64,000 nucleotides of DNA from a virus (IMGVR_UViG_3300036819_000070); one strand, 5' to 3'. Counted from the first letter of the stretch, positions 53,152 to 62,499 are shown. Numbers and translations: made by a program. Notes: generated by a model from the sequence alone, not told the origin.

Positions 53152-53170
53152 TGTCACACGTCGTGTGACA
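53152..53170. promoter_or_regulatory. 19-bp perfect palindrome TGTCACACGTCGTGTGACA (operator candidate)
   Basis: ~40 bp upstream of HTH gene 53209; second imperfect IR TGTACACACC..GGGTGTACG at 53189-53215; half-site TGTGACACGT recurs at 33700-33709. Confidence 0.5.
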
Positions 53171-53208
53171 CTGCCTCCCGTTCCGGCTGTACACACCCAA
53201 CACACCGG

Positions 53209-53445
53209 GTGTACGGTCTCAACATGACCCCCGCCACCCGCGACAAACTGGCCTCGCTAGGCCAGCAACGGCAACGCGCGCTGGAGACGGTGACCGCCAC
53301 CACAACCGAGCTGAAACCCGTGGTAGCCCAAGCCGCTGAGGAAGGAGCCTCCGAAGCCGCGATCCGCCACCTCACCGGGCTTAATCGTTCGACCATTCGT
53401 GAATGGACCGGTAAGCCCCGCAAACCACGCCAACGCACCACCTGA
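53209..53445 (+). CDS. HTH DNA-binding protein
   Basis: AIRHLTGLNRSTIREWTGK helix-turn-helix; preceded by the 19-bp palindrome. Confidence 0.5.
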   Translation: MYGLNMTPATRDKLASLGQQRQRALETVTATTTELKPVVAQAAEEGASEAAIRHLTGLNRSTIREWTGKPRKPRQRTT

Positions 53446-53510
53446 GCACACCACCGGCCCGGCCAAGTGGATGCCACCAACTAACCGAGCCTAACGAAAG
53501 GAACCCAAAT

Positions 53511-53687
53511 ATGAGGATCGAGATCGAGTTCGACACCGATAGCGAACCGTTTTTCGAGGCGCCATACGGCGAACCGGCGCGCCTAGTGAGTGCGATAGCC
53601 ATTCTAATCAACGTCGGCGAGGCCGCCGGTCGCCTGTCCGACGCGAACGGCAAAGACGTGGGCACGTGGGCGGTGACCGAGCAATGA
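53511..53687 (+). CDS. small hypothetical protein (58 aa), unlisted ORF
   Basis: AAAGGAACCCAAAT-ATG RBS; stop overlaps ligase ATG (ATGA). Confidence 0.4.
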   Translation: MRIEIEFDTDSEPFFEAPYGEPARLVSAIAILINVGEAAGRLSDANGKDVGTWAVTEQ

Positions 53688-54727
53688 ATAAGGCGCACCT
53701 GGCCGAAGGATGCCACCTCGGCCAGGTGCTTGACGGAAGATCCAAAAGGAACCCGAAAGGACCACCGCCCGTGGGCACCGTAGACCACACCCCCAAACCG
53801 ATGCTGGCACAGGCCGGCGACCCGCCCACCGGACCCGGTTGGGCGTTCGAGTTCAAATGGGATGGACGTCGGGTGATCGTGCGGGCCGTACGCGGCGTGG
53901 TGACCCTGTTCAGTCGCCTCGGCAACGACATCACCACCAGCCACCCTGAGGTGGTATCCGCGCTCGCCGCGCTGCTGGGTGAGCGGTCGGTGGTACTCGA
54001 CGGTGAGATCGTGGCATTCAACGCTGACGGCCAACCCGATATCGGGCTGCTCCAGCAACGCATGCACGTCCAGCGGCCGAACCGGTACCTGGTAGCGAAG
54101 GTGCCGACGTACCTTTACCTGTTCGACGTCCTCAGCTTTGAGGGTGGCCCGGTGGTTAAGAGCGCGTACCGACGGCGCCGCCAGCTCCTCGATGAGATGG
54201 CCCTGGGTGGCGTCTCACCGCACGTGGTGGTGCCCCCGAACTTCATTGGTGTTGACGGGGCCACGATCCTCGACGTGGCCCGTGAGCGCGGTGTAGAGGG
54301 CATCGTGGCCAAGCGGTTGGCCTCGACGTACACGGCGGGCCGTTCAGGGCAGTGGGTCAAAACGGTCCTCAGGACCACTCAGGAAGTCGTCATCGGTGGG
54401 TGGCGACGCGGGGCGCACCGGAAACTGGGGGCGCTGATGATGGGCGCCTACGACGACACCGGGCGTTTGGTTTACCTCGGTGACGTGGGCAGCGGTTTCA
54501 CCAGCGCGATGCTGGCCCACCTGCTGGAGTTGCTGACCGCCATGGAAGTGCCGGTGTGCCCGTTCGATCAGCCGGTGTCCACGCACGCCGCGCACTGGGT
54601 GCGTCCGGTGCTGGTCGGTGAAGTGGAGTACCGCACACGGAGCGAGCAAGGCCGGTTGCTTTACCCGACGTGGCGCGGACTACGTGACGACAAAACCCCA
54701 AAGGAAGTGGTGATAGGTAATGGTTGA
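53684..54727 (+). CDS. ATP-dependent DNA ligase
   Basis: Motif I EFKWDGRR (KxDG), LDGEIV, GIVAK and GGWRRG blocks of the ligase nucleotidyltransferase + OB domains; likely start MNKAHLAEG. Confidence 0.8.
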   Translation: MNKAHLAEGCHLGQVLDGRSKRNPKGPPPVGTVDHTPKPMLAQAGDPPTGPGWAFEFKWDGRRVIVRAVRGVVTLFSRLGNDITTSHPEVVSALAALLGERSVVLDGEIVAFNADGQPDIGLLQQRMHVQRPNRYLVAKVPTYLYLFDVLSFEGGPVVKSAYRRRRQLLDEMALGGVSPHVVVPPNFIGVDGATILDVARERGVEGIVAKRLASTYTAGRSGQWVKTVLRTTQEVVIGGWRRGAHRKLGALMMGAYDDTGRLVYLGDVGSGFTSAMLAHLLELLTAMEVPVCPFDQPVSTHAAHWVRPVLVGEVEYRTRSEQGRLLYPTWRGLRDDKTPKEVVIGNG

Positions 54728-54941
54728 ACTTATTGTCCCTGACAAGGCGAAAAACATGGTCACCTACATAATGCCTCCCGCTCGCGAGATGATGGAGGCC
54801 GCAGCGGCGGTGATCCTCCTAGCTGAATTGCAGGAATTGGTGAGGAAATCGGCCACGGTCCCGTATACGCAGCAATCGGATGAATTGGCCATACTCGTAG
54901 CCGAGCGCATCCACAAGTTGGAAAGCGAGATACCGGCATAA
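54720..54941 (+). CDS. hypothetical protein
   Basis: 73-aa ORF overlapping ligase stop. Confidence 0.4.
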   Translation: MVELIVPDKAKNMVTYIMPPAREMMEAAAAVILLAELQELVRKSATVPYTQQSDELAILVAERIHKLESEIPA

Positions 54942-55177
54942 TGGCTGAGCACATCATGGCGTTCGGACCATGCTTCGGCTGCGAAAAACCATTCTGGTTT
55001 GATCCCGACACCGTCCCCAGCGTGCTGGTCGACCGGACCGGTAGGGCACCCGACATGGGCGGGGATCCGCTCACCGCCGTCCGTAAACCCATTTGCGTGC
55101 CCTGCCGGCGACATGCAAACCCGATTCGGGTTGCGGCTGGACTGGAGCCGTGGCCGTTCCCTGAGGAGACGGAATGA
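54941..55177 (+). CDS. Zn-ribbon hypothetical protein
   Basis: CFGC...CVPC. Confidence 0.45.
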   Translation: MAEHIMAFGPCFGCEKPFWFDPDTVPSVLVDRTGRAPDMGGDPLTAVRKPICVPCRRHANPIRVAAGLEPWPFPEETE

Positions 55178-55626
55178 CAACGGGAGAGTTCGTTCGCCGT
55201 CTATGCAAGGCCCTCGGCTTAGAGCACACAGAAGATTGGCAGTTCATTCTGGCGCAAGCCGAGGTCGCCGGTAACGCGCACCTCTTTAATCAACTATCAG
55301 CCCAGGCCGGCGCCGTACTACGAAAGGGGCGAAACGATCTCATCGATGAGGCGCGGGAATGCTGGCTCGCCGGTGGCCTTCCGCTCGATGACAGCAATCC
55401 GAATCTTTCCGACGAACTCACCGAGGGTTTACACCACGCGTTTCCGTTCCTTGACACCTTGCACACGCGGGTAATGGCGAGCTACCGGGTCGACATCGAC
55501 GCCCACCCGGAACTAGATCCACTAGACGTCCACGCATCACCGGAAACCGTGCTGGCGAGCGATGCTTACGTGGCCGCCATGCGCGCCGTCATCCACGGAC
55601 ACAAGCTCGGAAAGGACATCCAATGA
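55174..55626 (+). CDS. hypothetical protein
   Basis: 150-aa ORF, ATGA-coupled. Confidence 0.45.
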   Translation: MTTGEFVRRLCKALGLEHTEDWQFILAQAEVAGNAHLFNQLSAQAGAVLRKGRNDLIDEARECWLAGGLPLDDSNPNLSDELTEGLHHAFPFLDTLHTRVMASYRVDIDAHPELDPLDVHASPETVLASDAYVAAMRAVIHGHKLGKDIQ

Positions 55627-56561
55627 CAACCAGCAGCGGCAGTGAAACGGTCCTCCTCGCGGAGGAGTTACCGGACGGGACGCGGCGGGAATGGTTAATG
55701 GCGAGCCGACGGTTCACGGAGGAACCGGCGCAGCGAGCGGAGATCGTTACCGCGATCGAAGAGATGCACTGGCAGCGGCCCAATCAAGACATGCCAATGT
55801 CGCCGGCCCTGCTGCTCCAAAACCTGATTGCGCAGATGGACCTGAAACGCGTCGGCCAGGTCGGGTACTCGATTCACGAGATCCGGTACCAGGACTGCAA
55901 TTGTAAACACCGCGACGAGAACTGCCACCCGGATCACTGGGCGAGCTATTCAGTGGTGGGTATCAAGGTCCGGCAGGATAGTTGGTGGACCTTGTACTTC
56001 CTCGACATCGGCGTGGGTGCGGTGTGGTTGATCAGCGATATCACTGACGCTCCTATACCTGCGAATGTGAGCGTGAGGTGCGCTCTGGAATGGCACGATG
56101 AATGCCCAGGGACGTTCCCAACGGCTAGTGGTCGGGCGACGTGCGAATGCGCGCATCCGGCTCACGAGCACAGTCATCCCAACGGGGACCGTACGGAGTT
56201 TTTGTCGGACGTGTTATCCACGGCTTTAGAGGGCGGTGTGAATTACTGGTCGGTCGCTTGCGACATTGAAAGGGAGGGCGACTACCCGAAAGGCGATTGG
56301 TACTACACCGGTGTGACGTTGTTCGAAGACGCGGACGGTGACAAGCATTGTTCTCAAAAGGATGAGGAATGCCAGGGTCACCGGGTCGACTTAGATGGCG
56401 TCGCGCGTGCCGTCGCAGCTCTGTCGCATGACCCTAAATGGCGGCATCACAAGTTGCTAGCGGAAGCTAGCCGAGAGAAGGACGCCGGCAACGTCGACTC
56501 TGATGTTGCGGATGATGTTGTGCAATTCGCGGCGCTCGGCGGATCCATCGTGTACGGCTGA
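55623..56561 (+). CDS. Cys/His-rich hypothetical protein (312 aa)
   Basis: CNCKHRDENCHPDHW, CALEWHDECPG, CECAHPAHEHSHP clusters suggest metal binding. Confidence 0.5.
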   Translation: MTTSSGSETVLLAEELPDGTRREWLMASRRFTEEPAQRAEIVTAIEEMHWQRPNQDMPMSPALLLQNLIAQMDLKRVGQVGYSIHEIRYQDCNCKHRDENCHPDHWASYSVVGIKVRQDSWWTLYFLDIGVGAVWLISDITDAPIPANVSVRCALEWHDECPGTFPTASGRATCECAHPAHEHSHPNGDRTEFLSDVLSTALEGGVNYWSVACDIEREGDYPKGDWYYTGVTLFEDADGDKHCSQKDEECQGHRVDLDGVARAVAALSHDPKWRHHKLLAEASREKDAGNVDSDVADDVVQFAALGGSIVYG

Positions 56562-56573
56562 GGGGAGGAGACT

Positions 56574-56828
56574 ATGAAGTTCCCGAAGTTCGCAACGAGG
56601 GTCGATGCTTGGGCAGCTGGGTGGCGAGAGGTGAACCCCGCTGCCGACGAGCCCATATACGACCTGCACGACCATACGGCGCCGACGCTCTCACATTGGG
56701 TGAACCCCGACGGCTACAACACTGAGCCCGTGTTCATCGAAAACGAGCGAAACACAATGGATAGGAAAGGCGCCTACGTGGAGATGTACCCACCCAAAGG
56801 AGGAGAAAACGATGGACATGATTCTTGA
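56574..56828 (+). CDS. hypothetical protein
   Basis: 84-aa ORF with GGGGAGGAG RBS. Confidence 0.45.
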   Translation: MKFPKFATRVDAWAAGWREVNPAADEPIYDLHDHTAPTLSHWVNPDGYNTEPVFIENERNTMDRKGAYVEMYPPKGGENDGHDS

Positions 56829-57492
56829 TCCTGAGCATTTCGGTAAGGTACCGAATGGCACCGAAGTGTTCGTGCGCGGTGCACCGGAACGGTACCGGCA
56901 CATAGCTGATGAGTTCTACGGCACCCACCGTCAGTGCCCCGTTGAAACGCCACCCAATTGTCAGACGGTCTGGATCACCGTGACCAGTGACAAAGACCGC
57001 GAGTTCTTATCGCACCTACACACCAACGGTTTCGCACTCAGCGTCGATGACGGGACCGGAGTCACCTACATGGTCAGCGACTTGTTAACCATGGAAGAAG
57101 GGGACGCGCAGGCGTGTCTCATCGGGTTAGGGCCGCTCCATATCAATCGAGTCTTCGAACTCGTAACCAGCCGGCTCAATACATCGTCCGTCTCGGAGCC
57201 AGTCCGCGCGAGGCTCAGGAAACTTCTCGATTTGATTGTGATCGCAGAGGTTGACCTGGCACTGTCGAATGAGGGGCCCTGCGAGCTGAGCGACAATACG
57301 GGTGAGCGGTCCGAGGTGGATGACTTACTCCAACAGGTACGGGACGCGACCCAAGCCGTCCTCAATGCAATAGACCAGGAGCAGCTACCGACGGTGGTAC
57401 GAGGAGAGGCGAAACGCGCGGCAGTCGCTTTCTTAGGACTCGACTCGCGGATGTCGGCCGGTGAGTGGCCAGTCCCTCAGGCGTGGCAATGA
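56812..57492 (+). CDS. hypothetical protein
   Basis: 226-aa ORF overlapping previous stop. Confidence 0.5.
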   Translation: MDMILDPEHFGKVPNGTEVFVRGAPERYRHIADEFYGTHRQCPVETPPNCQTVWITVTSDKDREFLSHLHTNGFALSVDDGTGVTYMVSDLLTMEEGDAQACLIGLGPLHINRVFELVTSRLNTSSVSEPVRARLRKLLDLIVIAEVDLALSNEGPCELSDNTGERSEVDDLLQQVRDATQAVLNAIDQEQLPTVVRGEAKRAAVAFLGLDSRMSAGEWPVPQAWQ

Positions 57493-57755
57493 GCTACGGG
57501 ATGAACGTGGCGCTGGTCGCGTGCGCCATCGGGGTGTCGTTACTTACCCTCGCGCTGCTAGTCGTTTTCGCCCTTCGCGGTCTCCGCAAGAGTGCCCCGA
57601 ACAGGCGCGCTGTGGACCTCGACATTCTCAGGGCGATGGGGCAGCCGGCGCCAGGGGAACACATCGCCGCCGAGGAACGGAAGCCGCCCCCGGCCGCCGC
57701 CACCGACACCACCACCAGTGAGTCACTGTTCACGCCGAAACCGCAAGAGGAGTAA
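57465..57755 (+). CDS. membrane protein
   Basis: N-terminal TM helix NVALVACAIGVSLLTLALLVVFAL. Confidence 0.45.
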   Translation: MASPSGVAMSYGMNVALVACAIGVSLLTLALLVVFALRGLRKSAPNRRAVDLDILRAMGQPAPGEHIAAEERKPPPAAATDTTTSESLFTPKPQEE

Positions 57756-57768
57756 CCCGCGCACGAAA

Positions 57769-57815
57769 GAAACGCCCCGTTCCAACCCATTGCTGCTGGG
57801 TTGGAACGGGGCGTT
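57769..57815. terminator. Bidirectional terminator hairpin (18-bp perfect stem)
   Basis: AACGCCCCGTTCCAACCC-ATTGCTGCT-GGGTTGGAACGGGGCGTT flanked by A/T runs; separates + ligase operon from - lysis module. Confidence 0.75.
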
Positions 57816-57926
57816 TCGTTTGCTCGTTGCCGGTGTTCGAGCGATAGCGGGGGCTGCTCCCCCGCCCGGCCGTTGTAGCTCAATCAAACAGCTCCGTATG
57901 CGCAGGCGGGCGATAGTATCAGCGGT

Positions 57927-58208
57927 GTGAACGGCTACGTCGAGGGTGTTCCGTTGGAGGACCAATGCTGGTACCACGGGCCGGAACCGAGACCCGCTGA
58001 TGGGTACTACATTCTGTGCGTTGAGTGCGGGCATTGTTACGTCACCGCCGAAGACCTCGAAGCTGCGCATCGGGAAGCCGACGCACGGGCCATGGCCGCG
58101 CCGTGGCACGAGAGTTGGGTAGCCGCCGGGCTTGCCTACGCCGGACCGTGGCCGGAACTCAAAGCTAGCGAGATTTTCGCTTGCCCGTTGTGTGCCCACG
58201 ACTTCTGA
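57927..58208 (+). CDS. Zn-ribbon hypothetical protein
   Basis: CVECGHC...CPLCAH. Confidence 0.4.
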   Translation: MNGYVEGVPLEDQCWYHGPEPRPADGYYILCVECGHCYVTAEDLEAAHREADARAMAAPWHESWVAAGLAYAGPWPELKASEIFACPLCAHDF

Positions 58209-58348
58209 TGCCGTGTGATTACTGCGGTCGCGACTTCGACCCGATCGCGTCACGCTGGTTATGCCCGTGGTGTCACCGAAAAAGTAGCTGCTGTGAGGGT
58301 GCGCCGTTGCCGGCGTGCGACGAACGGTCGGTCGTGTTCTCGAGAAAA

Positions 58349-58507
58349 TTAATCCGGGTGGGTCCGCGAGTAGCGGATAGCGCTGAGCACAGCGGTCACG
58401 ACGAACAGCACCAGGCCGGCGACCGCGAGCCACAGCAACGCTTTGACCACGAACCCGACGACCACGAGCACGATGCACAGGATCAGTAATCCGATCAGAA
58501 GACCCAT
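58349..58507 (-). CDS. small membrane protein (holin-like), 52 aa
   Basis: Internal Met with GGAGG RBS; MGLLIGLLILCIVLVVVGFVVKALLWLAVAGLVLFVVTAVL; last gene before terminator. Confidence 0.45.
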   Translation of the reverse strand: MGLLIGLLILCIVLVVVGFVVKALLWLAVAGLVLFVVTAVLSAIRYSRTHPD

Positions 58508-58523
58508 CGCGTGACCTCCGTTG

Positions 58524-58898
58524 TTACCCGAGCGGACCGAATGTGATGCTGCCACCACTGCTAGTGGTGGTGATCGGCGGGATGGTCATCGGTGCCGGGT
58601 TGAAAACCTGCTGGCCGTCCGGGACGAGCCGCTTGCCGGCGTTGTCCTGCGGGGCCGCCAGGGGGGTCACCAGCGGCGTGGCCGCGTTCACGACGTGGCG
58701 CGCGCCGAGGATCGCGGCGAGCAACGCCAACACACCCGGTAGGAGCCCATACAGGCCGGTGATCAGGTTGCCGGTGTTGAGGCTGATCAACCCACCGGAC
58801 ACCAGGAACGTGCACGCACCCATCACGAAACCCTCAGTGGTCCGGACCTCGACTGCCGCGTCCTGCAACGGCTGGGGCCTGTCGTTGGTGGAGGTCAT
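58524..58898 (-). CDS. membrane protein (holin-like) downstream of endolysin
   Basis: Internal Met overlapping endolysin stop (ATGA); two hydrophobic segments. Confidence 0.45.
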   Translation of the reverse strand: MTSTNDRPQPLQDAAVEVRTTEGFVMGACTFLVSGGLISLNTGNLITGLYGLLPGVLALLAAILGARHVVNAATPLVTPLAAPQDNAGKRLVPDGQQVFNPAPMTIPPITTTSSGGSITFGPLG

Positions 58899-59806
58899 CG
58901 CGACTGGAGCTCTAGACACCAGCCCACGGATCCGGGGCTTTCGGTGTGCACCGTCATCTGGTCGGTCCCGTCTGGCAGTTCCATGAACCATCGCTTGTCT
59001 TTGGATAAGTGCACGGCGCAATCGGAGATACCCCCATTCGTTCCTTGGAGCCACACGTGGCAATTGGGTGCGTCTTCTGAGCTGGCCAATGATAGCCAAC
59101 CTTTCGCGACCAGCGAGCTGACACTCGGCCCAATGGGCATCACCAGTTTGGTGGTCTGCGAACCGGACGCGATAACTCCTGCGGGCATGTCAAAGTCTCC
59201 TAGCGGAGATGAGTAAGGGTGCTGACCGAAGTCGGGTTGGATCCGGGCTTCGTTGACGTCGCATTCGACTCCACCGACGACCGCTGTGCCGATGTGTTGG
59301 TAGATGTGGGCGCGCGGTTCGATTTGGCCCCCGGACCACGCGGCGGCTTGCCACGCCCAGTGCGCTGTCCCGTTGTCCAAACAGCGTTTGACGACGTAAA
59401 ACGAGCCGTACACACCGACCCGTGGTGCGCCGATCACTGATGCCGCGCCGATGAGGTACGCGTCGATGGCGGTCTGTTCGGCAACGGACGCATCCCAGTC
59501 AGCGGAGAAGTAGATGGGGCGGTCAGCGGGGACACCTAGGGCGCTGGTTGTGGCGTGCGCTGTTTGGGCGTCGGCTACTCCAGCGCCGTAGCCGGCTTTC
59601 ATGCGGTCTGAGGCGGTTTCGAAGTTGACGACTACGGCGATACCAGCGGCTTGGAGCGCGGTGAACTCACCGAGGGTCAGTAGCTTTCCCGGTAGCCCGG
59701 CGCCACCGGGGGTGAGGTAACGGCACACGAAGCCGTAGCCGGCGCTGGTGATGGCCGTTGGGTGAGGGACACCGCCTGCGTAGTCGAGCCCTAACAAGGT
59801 GGCCAA
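58895..59806 (-). CDS. endolysin, DUF1906/Rv2525c-like glycoside-hydrolase-fold domain
   Basis: N-terminal GLDYAGGVPHPTAITSAGYGFVCRYL... resembles DUF1906 lysin domains; TTG start; position next to TM proteins. Confidence 0.5.
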   Translation of the reverse strand: MATLLGLDYAGGVPHPTAITSAGYGFVCRYLTPGGAGLPGKLLTLGEFTALQAAGIAVVVNFETASDRMKAGYGAGVADAQTAHATTSALGVPADRPIYFSADWDASVAEQTAIDAYLIGAASVIGAPRVGVYGSFYVVKRCLDNGTAHWAWQAAAWSGGQIEPRAHIYQHIGTAVVGGVECDVNEARIQPDFGQHPYSSPLGDFDMPAGVIASGSQTTKLVMPIGPSVSSLVAKGWLSLASSEDAPNCHVWLQGTNGGISDCAVHLSKDKRWFMELPDGTDQMTVHTESPGSVGWCLELQSR

Positions 59807-59883
59807 AGGTCCCCCTTAAATAGAACAAGGCCGGTGCCCCCGTGGTTGGGGGCACCGGCCTTGTTATGTGCCGGGAACGGGTG

Positions 59884-60063
59884 TCAGGTGCGGGATGCGT
59901 TACCAGAAGCGCTGGCACCTGATCCGGAACCGGTGGAATCGCCCGGCGGTCCGGTGGAACTGGTGCCGGAACTGGAAGGGCTACTGGGCCCGCCGGAAGT
60001 AGTGGACGACTGCTGCCCAGTGTGTTGTTGCTGGTCAGCTGGCGCGGCCTTCGTATCGGCCAT
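59884..60063 (-). CDS. small Ser/Gly/Thr-rich low-complexity protein
   Basis: Internal Met with GGGAGGAACA RBS. Confidence 0.35.
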   Translation of the reverse strand: MADTKAAPADQQQHTGQQSSTTSGGPSSPSSSGTSSTGPPGDSTGSGSGASASGNASRT

Positions 60064-60194
60064 TGTTCCTCCCTTAGGAGCGGGGGGCGTCAAGCCCCGT
60101 TTTTGTTGCCCCAAGAGGATAGACCGCGAAAAGGCGCGAGGCCAGTGTCCCCGGCGCGAAATCGGGAACACTGGCCTTCGCGTTTGTGACGTTA

Positions 60195-60515
60195 TCAGGC
60201 GGTGGGTGCCGCCGTAGAAGTGCCATCAGCCGGGGCCGAAGTGGAACCATCAGTCGGGGCCGAAGTAGAACCATCGCCGGTGGTGGGAGTAGAACCATCG
60301 CCGGTCGGTGCGGTGGTCGGTGCCGGGGGGTTATCCACGGCCGACACAGCGGCGAGAACCGCATCATGCTCGGCATTGAGGGTGCCGATCACAGTGCGAA
60401 CATCCGCACCGGACAGGGAACCAGCGTCAGCCTTACTTGCCAAGTCGTTAAGGGCGACGGTGATCGCGTCCTTGAGGCTTGCGACTGCGGTGTTGACGTC
60501 ATCGATGGCTGCCAT
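60195..60515 (-). CDS. hypothetical protein with C-terminal TGDGSTS repeats
   Basis: Internal Met with GAAGGAGA RBS. Confidence 0.4.
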   Translation of the reverse strand: MAAIDDVNTAVASLKDAITVALNDLASKADAGSLSGADVRTVIGTLNAEHDAVLAAVSAVDNPPAPTTAPTGDGSTPTTGDGSTSAPTDGSTSAPADGTSTAAPTA

Positions 60516-60630
60516 TTGGTCTCCTTCATTGTTGCGGATTTCTTCGAGGATTCGTTCGGATAGTTGCGTGAGGTACACGGCCCACGCGGGGGGTCTTTCG
60601 CCCCACCTGAACCGGGATGGTCTTCCTTGG

Positions 60631-60978
60631 TTAGCCGAGTTTTCGATCGGGCGCCCCTTTCTCGGCTGTGTTGTTGATTCGGGCGGCGGCATCTTGGTTG
60701 GTCCGCAATTCAGCGATCATCGAGTAAGCGACGTTGAGCTGATTGGTGTAGTTGATGCGTTCAGTAGCGAGGTTGCTTTCCAACATCGCTACCTTTTTGG
60801 TGAGGAACTCAACTTGGCCTTGCAAGGTGGTGGCCAGTTCCGTAGCGGAGGTGACCATCGCGGCATCGGTACTGACTTTCAGCTGCCGCAGTTGGGGGCC
60901 CCTAGACAGTAGGTAAACGACCAGCGGGACAACCGCACCACAGAACACCAGAACTAATGTCTGGAGATCGATAGTCAT
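60631..60978 (-). CDS. membrane-anchored coiled-coil protein
   Basis: N-terminal TM helix then helical region. Confidence 0.45.
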   Translation of the reverse strand: MTIDLQTLVLVFCGAVVPLVVYLLSRGPQLRQLKVSTDAAMVTSATELATTLQGQVEFLTKKVAMLESNLATERINYTNQLNVAYSMIAELRTNQDAAARINNTAEKGAPDRKLG

Positions 60979-61409
60979 TCGACACTGACACCTACTATTC
61001 GCAGCTGCTGGTCTTTCCGCGTCGCTTGGATGAGGAAAAAGATGCGGCCCAGCAGTGTGAGGGTTATTCCTGTGTATCCGATACCCGAAACGAGTCCTTG
61101 AGCGTGGAGCCCGAGGATTACGCCGCCACCGTAAATCGCGGCACCCAGCGCGGCCAACGCGAGCCCGAGGACTTCCCGGGCGAAATTGTTTTTCAGGATA
61201 CTGGAAATGATCAGGACACCCCCGACAATCATGAACCCACCCATTAACCTGATGAGGCCACCACCGCCGAGGTTGTCGAACGCCTTCGACGCTCCATCAC
61301 CGAGAACAAGAGAGACGATGCCGACACAAATGAGGGATATGGGCAAGATGACGGGTGTTTGGGTTTTCTGCCACGCCGAGTAAAGGCGCAGGATCCAGCT
61401 TTTCAGCAC
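60975..61409 (-). CDS. integral membrane protein (4 TM)
   Basis: Four hydrophobic helices in 144 aa. Confidence 0.5.
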   Translation of the reverse strand: MLKSWILRLYSAWQKTQTPVILPISLICVGIVSLVLGDGASKAFDNLGGGGLIRLMGGFMIVGGVLIISSILKNNFAREVLGLALAALGAAIYGGGVILGLHAQGLVSGIGYTGITLTLLGRIFFLIQATRKDQQLRIVGVSVE

Positions 61410-61435
61410 GCGAGTTCGACCCCCTTCACGGCCCC

Positions 61436-61963
61436 TCAGTGGCCTTTCGCGGTGATATAGGCCGCTATGACCGTGGCAATGACTAAGAAAATGGGCATCA
61501 GATAACCCCAGCCAGCGGTCAGGCCGGAACCTCTACCTTCCGCACGAGTGACCCGCTCGCCCAGTTCCGAGAGGCGGGTATTCAGCCCATCGAATGCGGT
61601 GATCACTTCTTGTTTAGTTGCGGTGGTATGAAACCGGGCCCCCAACTCTTGGATTCGTTCTGCGTTCCGGCCTATTGCGTTCTCCACCTCGGCGCGCGGA
61701 ACGAAACGCGCTTGCTGATCAGCTAGTGTCGCCCGGAACTCGTTAACGGACTGAAAACGGACTTCCACGGATGCTTCCGCTTTCGTTGTCGCTAAATGTT
61801 GCGCGGCGAGCGCTGCATCGATAGCGGCCCGCTGGGCCATCATTGCGCCTTCGAGGGCTTTCTCCTGCGCCTGAAACCGTTGCTCGACCTGTAACTGGAG
61901 ATCAACGTGGCGGTCTTTCCAATACTCCAACAAAGTGGCGACTGTCCACGGCGATCTTCTCAC
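61436..61963 (-). CDS. coiled-coil protein with C-terminal TM anchor
   Basis: Helical repeats then PIFLVIATVIAAYI. Confidence 0.45.
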   Translation of the reverse strand: MRRSPWTVATLLEYWKDRHVDLQLQVEQRFQAQEKALEGAMMAQRAAIDAALAAQHLATTKAEASVEVRFQSVNEFRATLADQQARFVPRAEVENAIGRNAERIQELGARFHTTATKQEVITAFDGLNTRLSELGERVTRAEGRGSGLTAGWGYLMPIFLVIATVIAAYITAKGH

Positions 61964-62499
61964 TGTTGGGCGATCCGGTCGTACAGGTCAGCGGGACTAA
62001 CGAGGTTGATATCAACACCGGGGTCAATAATGATTCCAGCTTGGGCGTAGCAGTCCGCGACTAACGCGGAACACACCCGCCACTGATCCTGCTTGAAAGT
62101 GGCGTCGAGTTGCGCACCCGTACGGATCTTGAGGATTTCCAGGGCGAACCCCACGTACGCGGGCCAGTCGTAATGCATCCCGACCAGAGCGTGAGCGCGG
62201 GCGGTAATCGTCAACCGCTGATCGCTGGTGAGGGTCTCCCGCGAGTTCCACACCGCATCCGGGTGGCTATCCGCCTGGGAAACGCGCGCCACCGGGGGCG
62301 CCCCTTCCACAATGAGACCGTTGCCGATGTACACGAAAGCGTGCCCAGCCCATGATGCGGTGGCGTGGCGGATAAGTTCACCAGCCAGCCCACTGCCGTG
62401 GCTGACACCGTAATTGCCGGCGTAAATGATGTCACCGTTGCGGGCTTTATACGGGGCCAATTCCGGTAACGAAACTGCTGCGGGCGCGGCGGTAGTCAC
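61960..62499 (-). CDS. Cys/His peptidase-like protein (NlpC/P60- or CHAP-like; lysin/tail-associated hydrolase candidate)
   Basis: Conserved Cys (RVCSALVADCY) and His (AGHAFVYIG) in papain-like hydrolase spacing; weak. Confidence 0.35.
   Translation of the reverse strand: MTTAAPAAVSLPELAPYKARNGDIIYAGNYGVSHGSGLAGELIRHATASWAGHAFVYIGNGLIVEGAPPVARVSQADSHPDAVWNSRETLTSDQRLTITARAHALVGMHYDWPAYVGFALEILKIRTGAQLDATFKQDQWRVCSALVADCYAQAGIIIDPGVDINLVSPADLYDRIAQQ

Noticed and set aside
58208-58489. + strand ORF continuing from MPCDYCGRDF through 58489
   Set aside because: Its 3' half is the antisense of the strongly supported holin-like gene 58349..58507 (GGAGG RBS). Only the Cys-rich 5' part might be real, so I did not list it as a feature.
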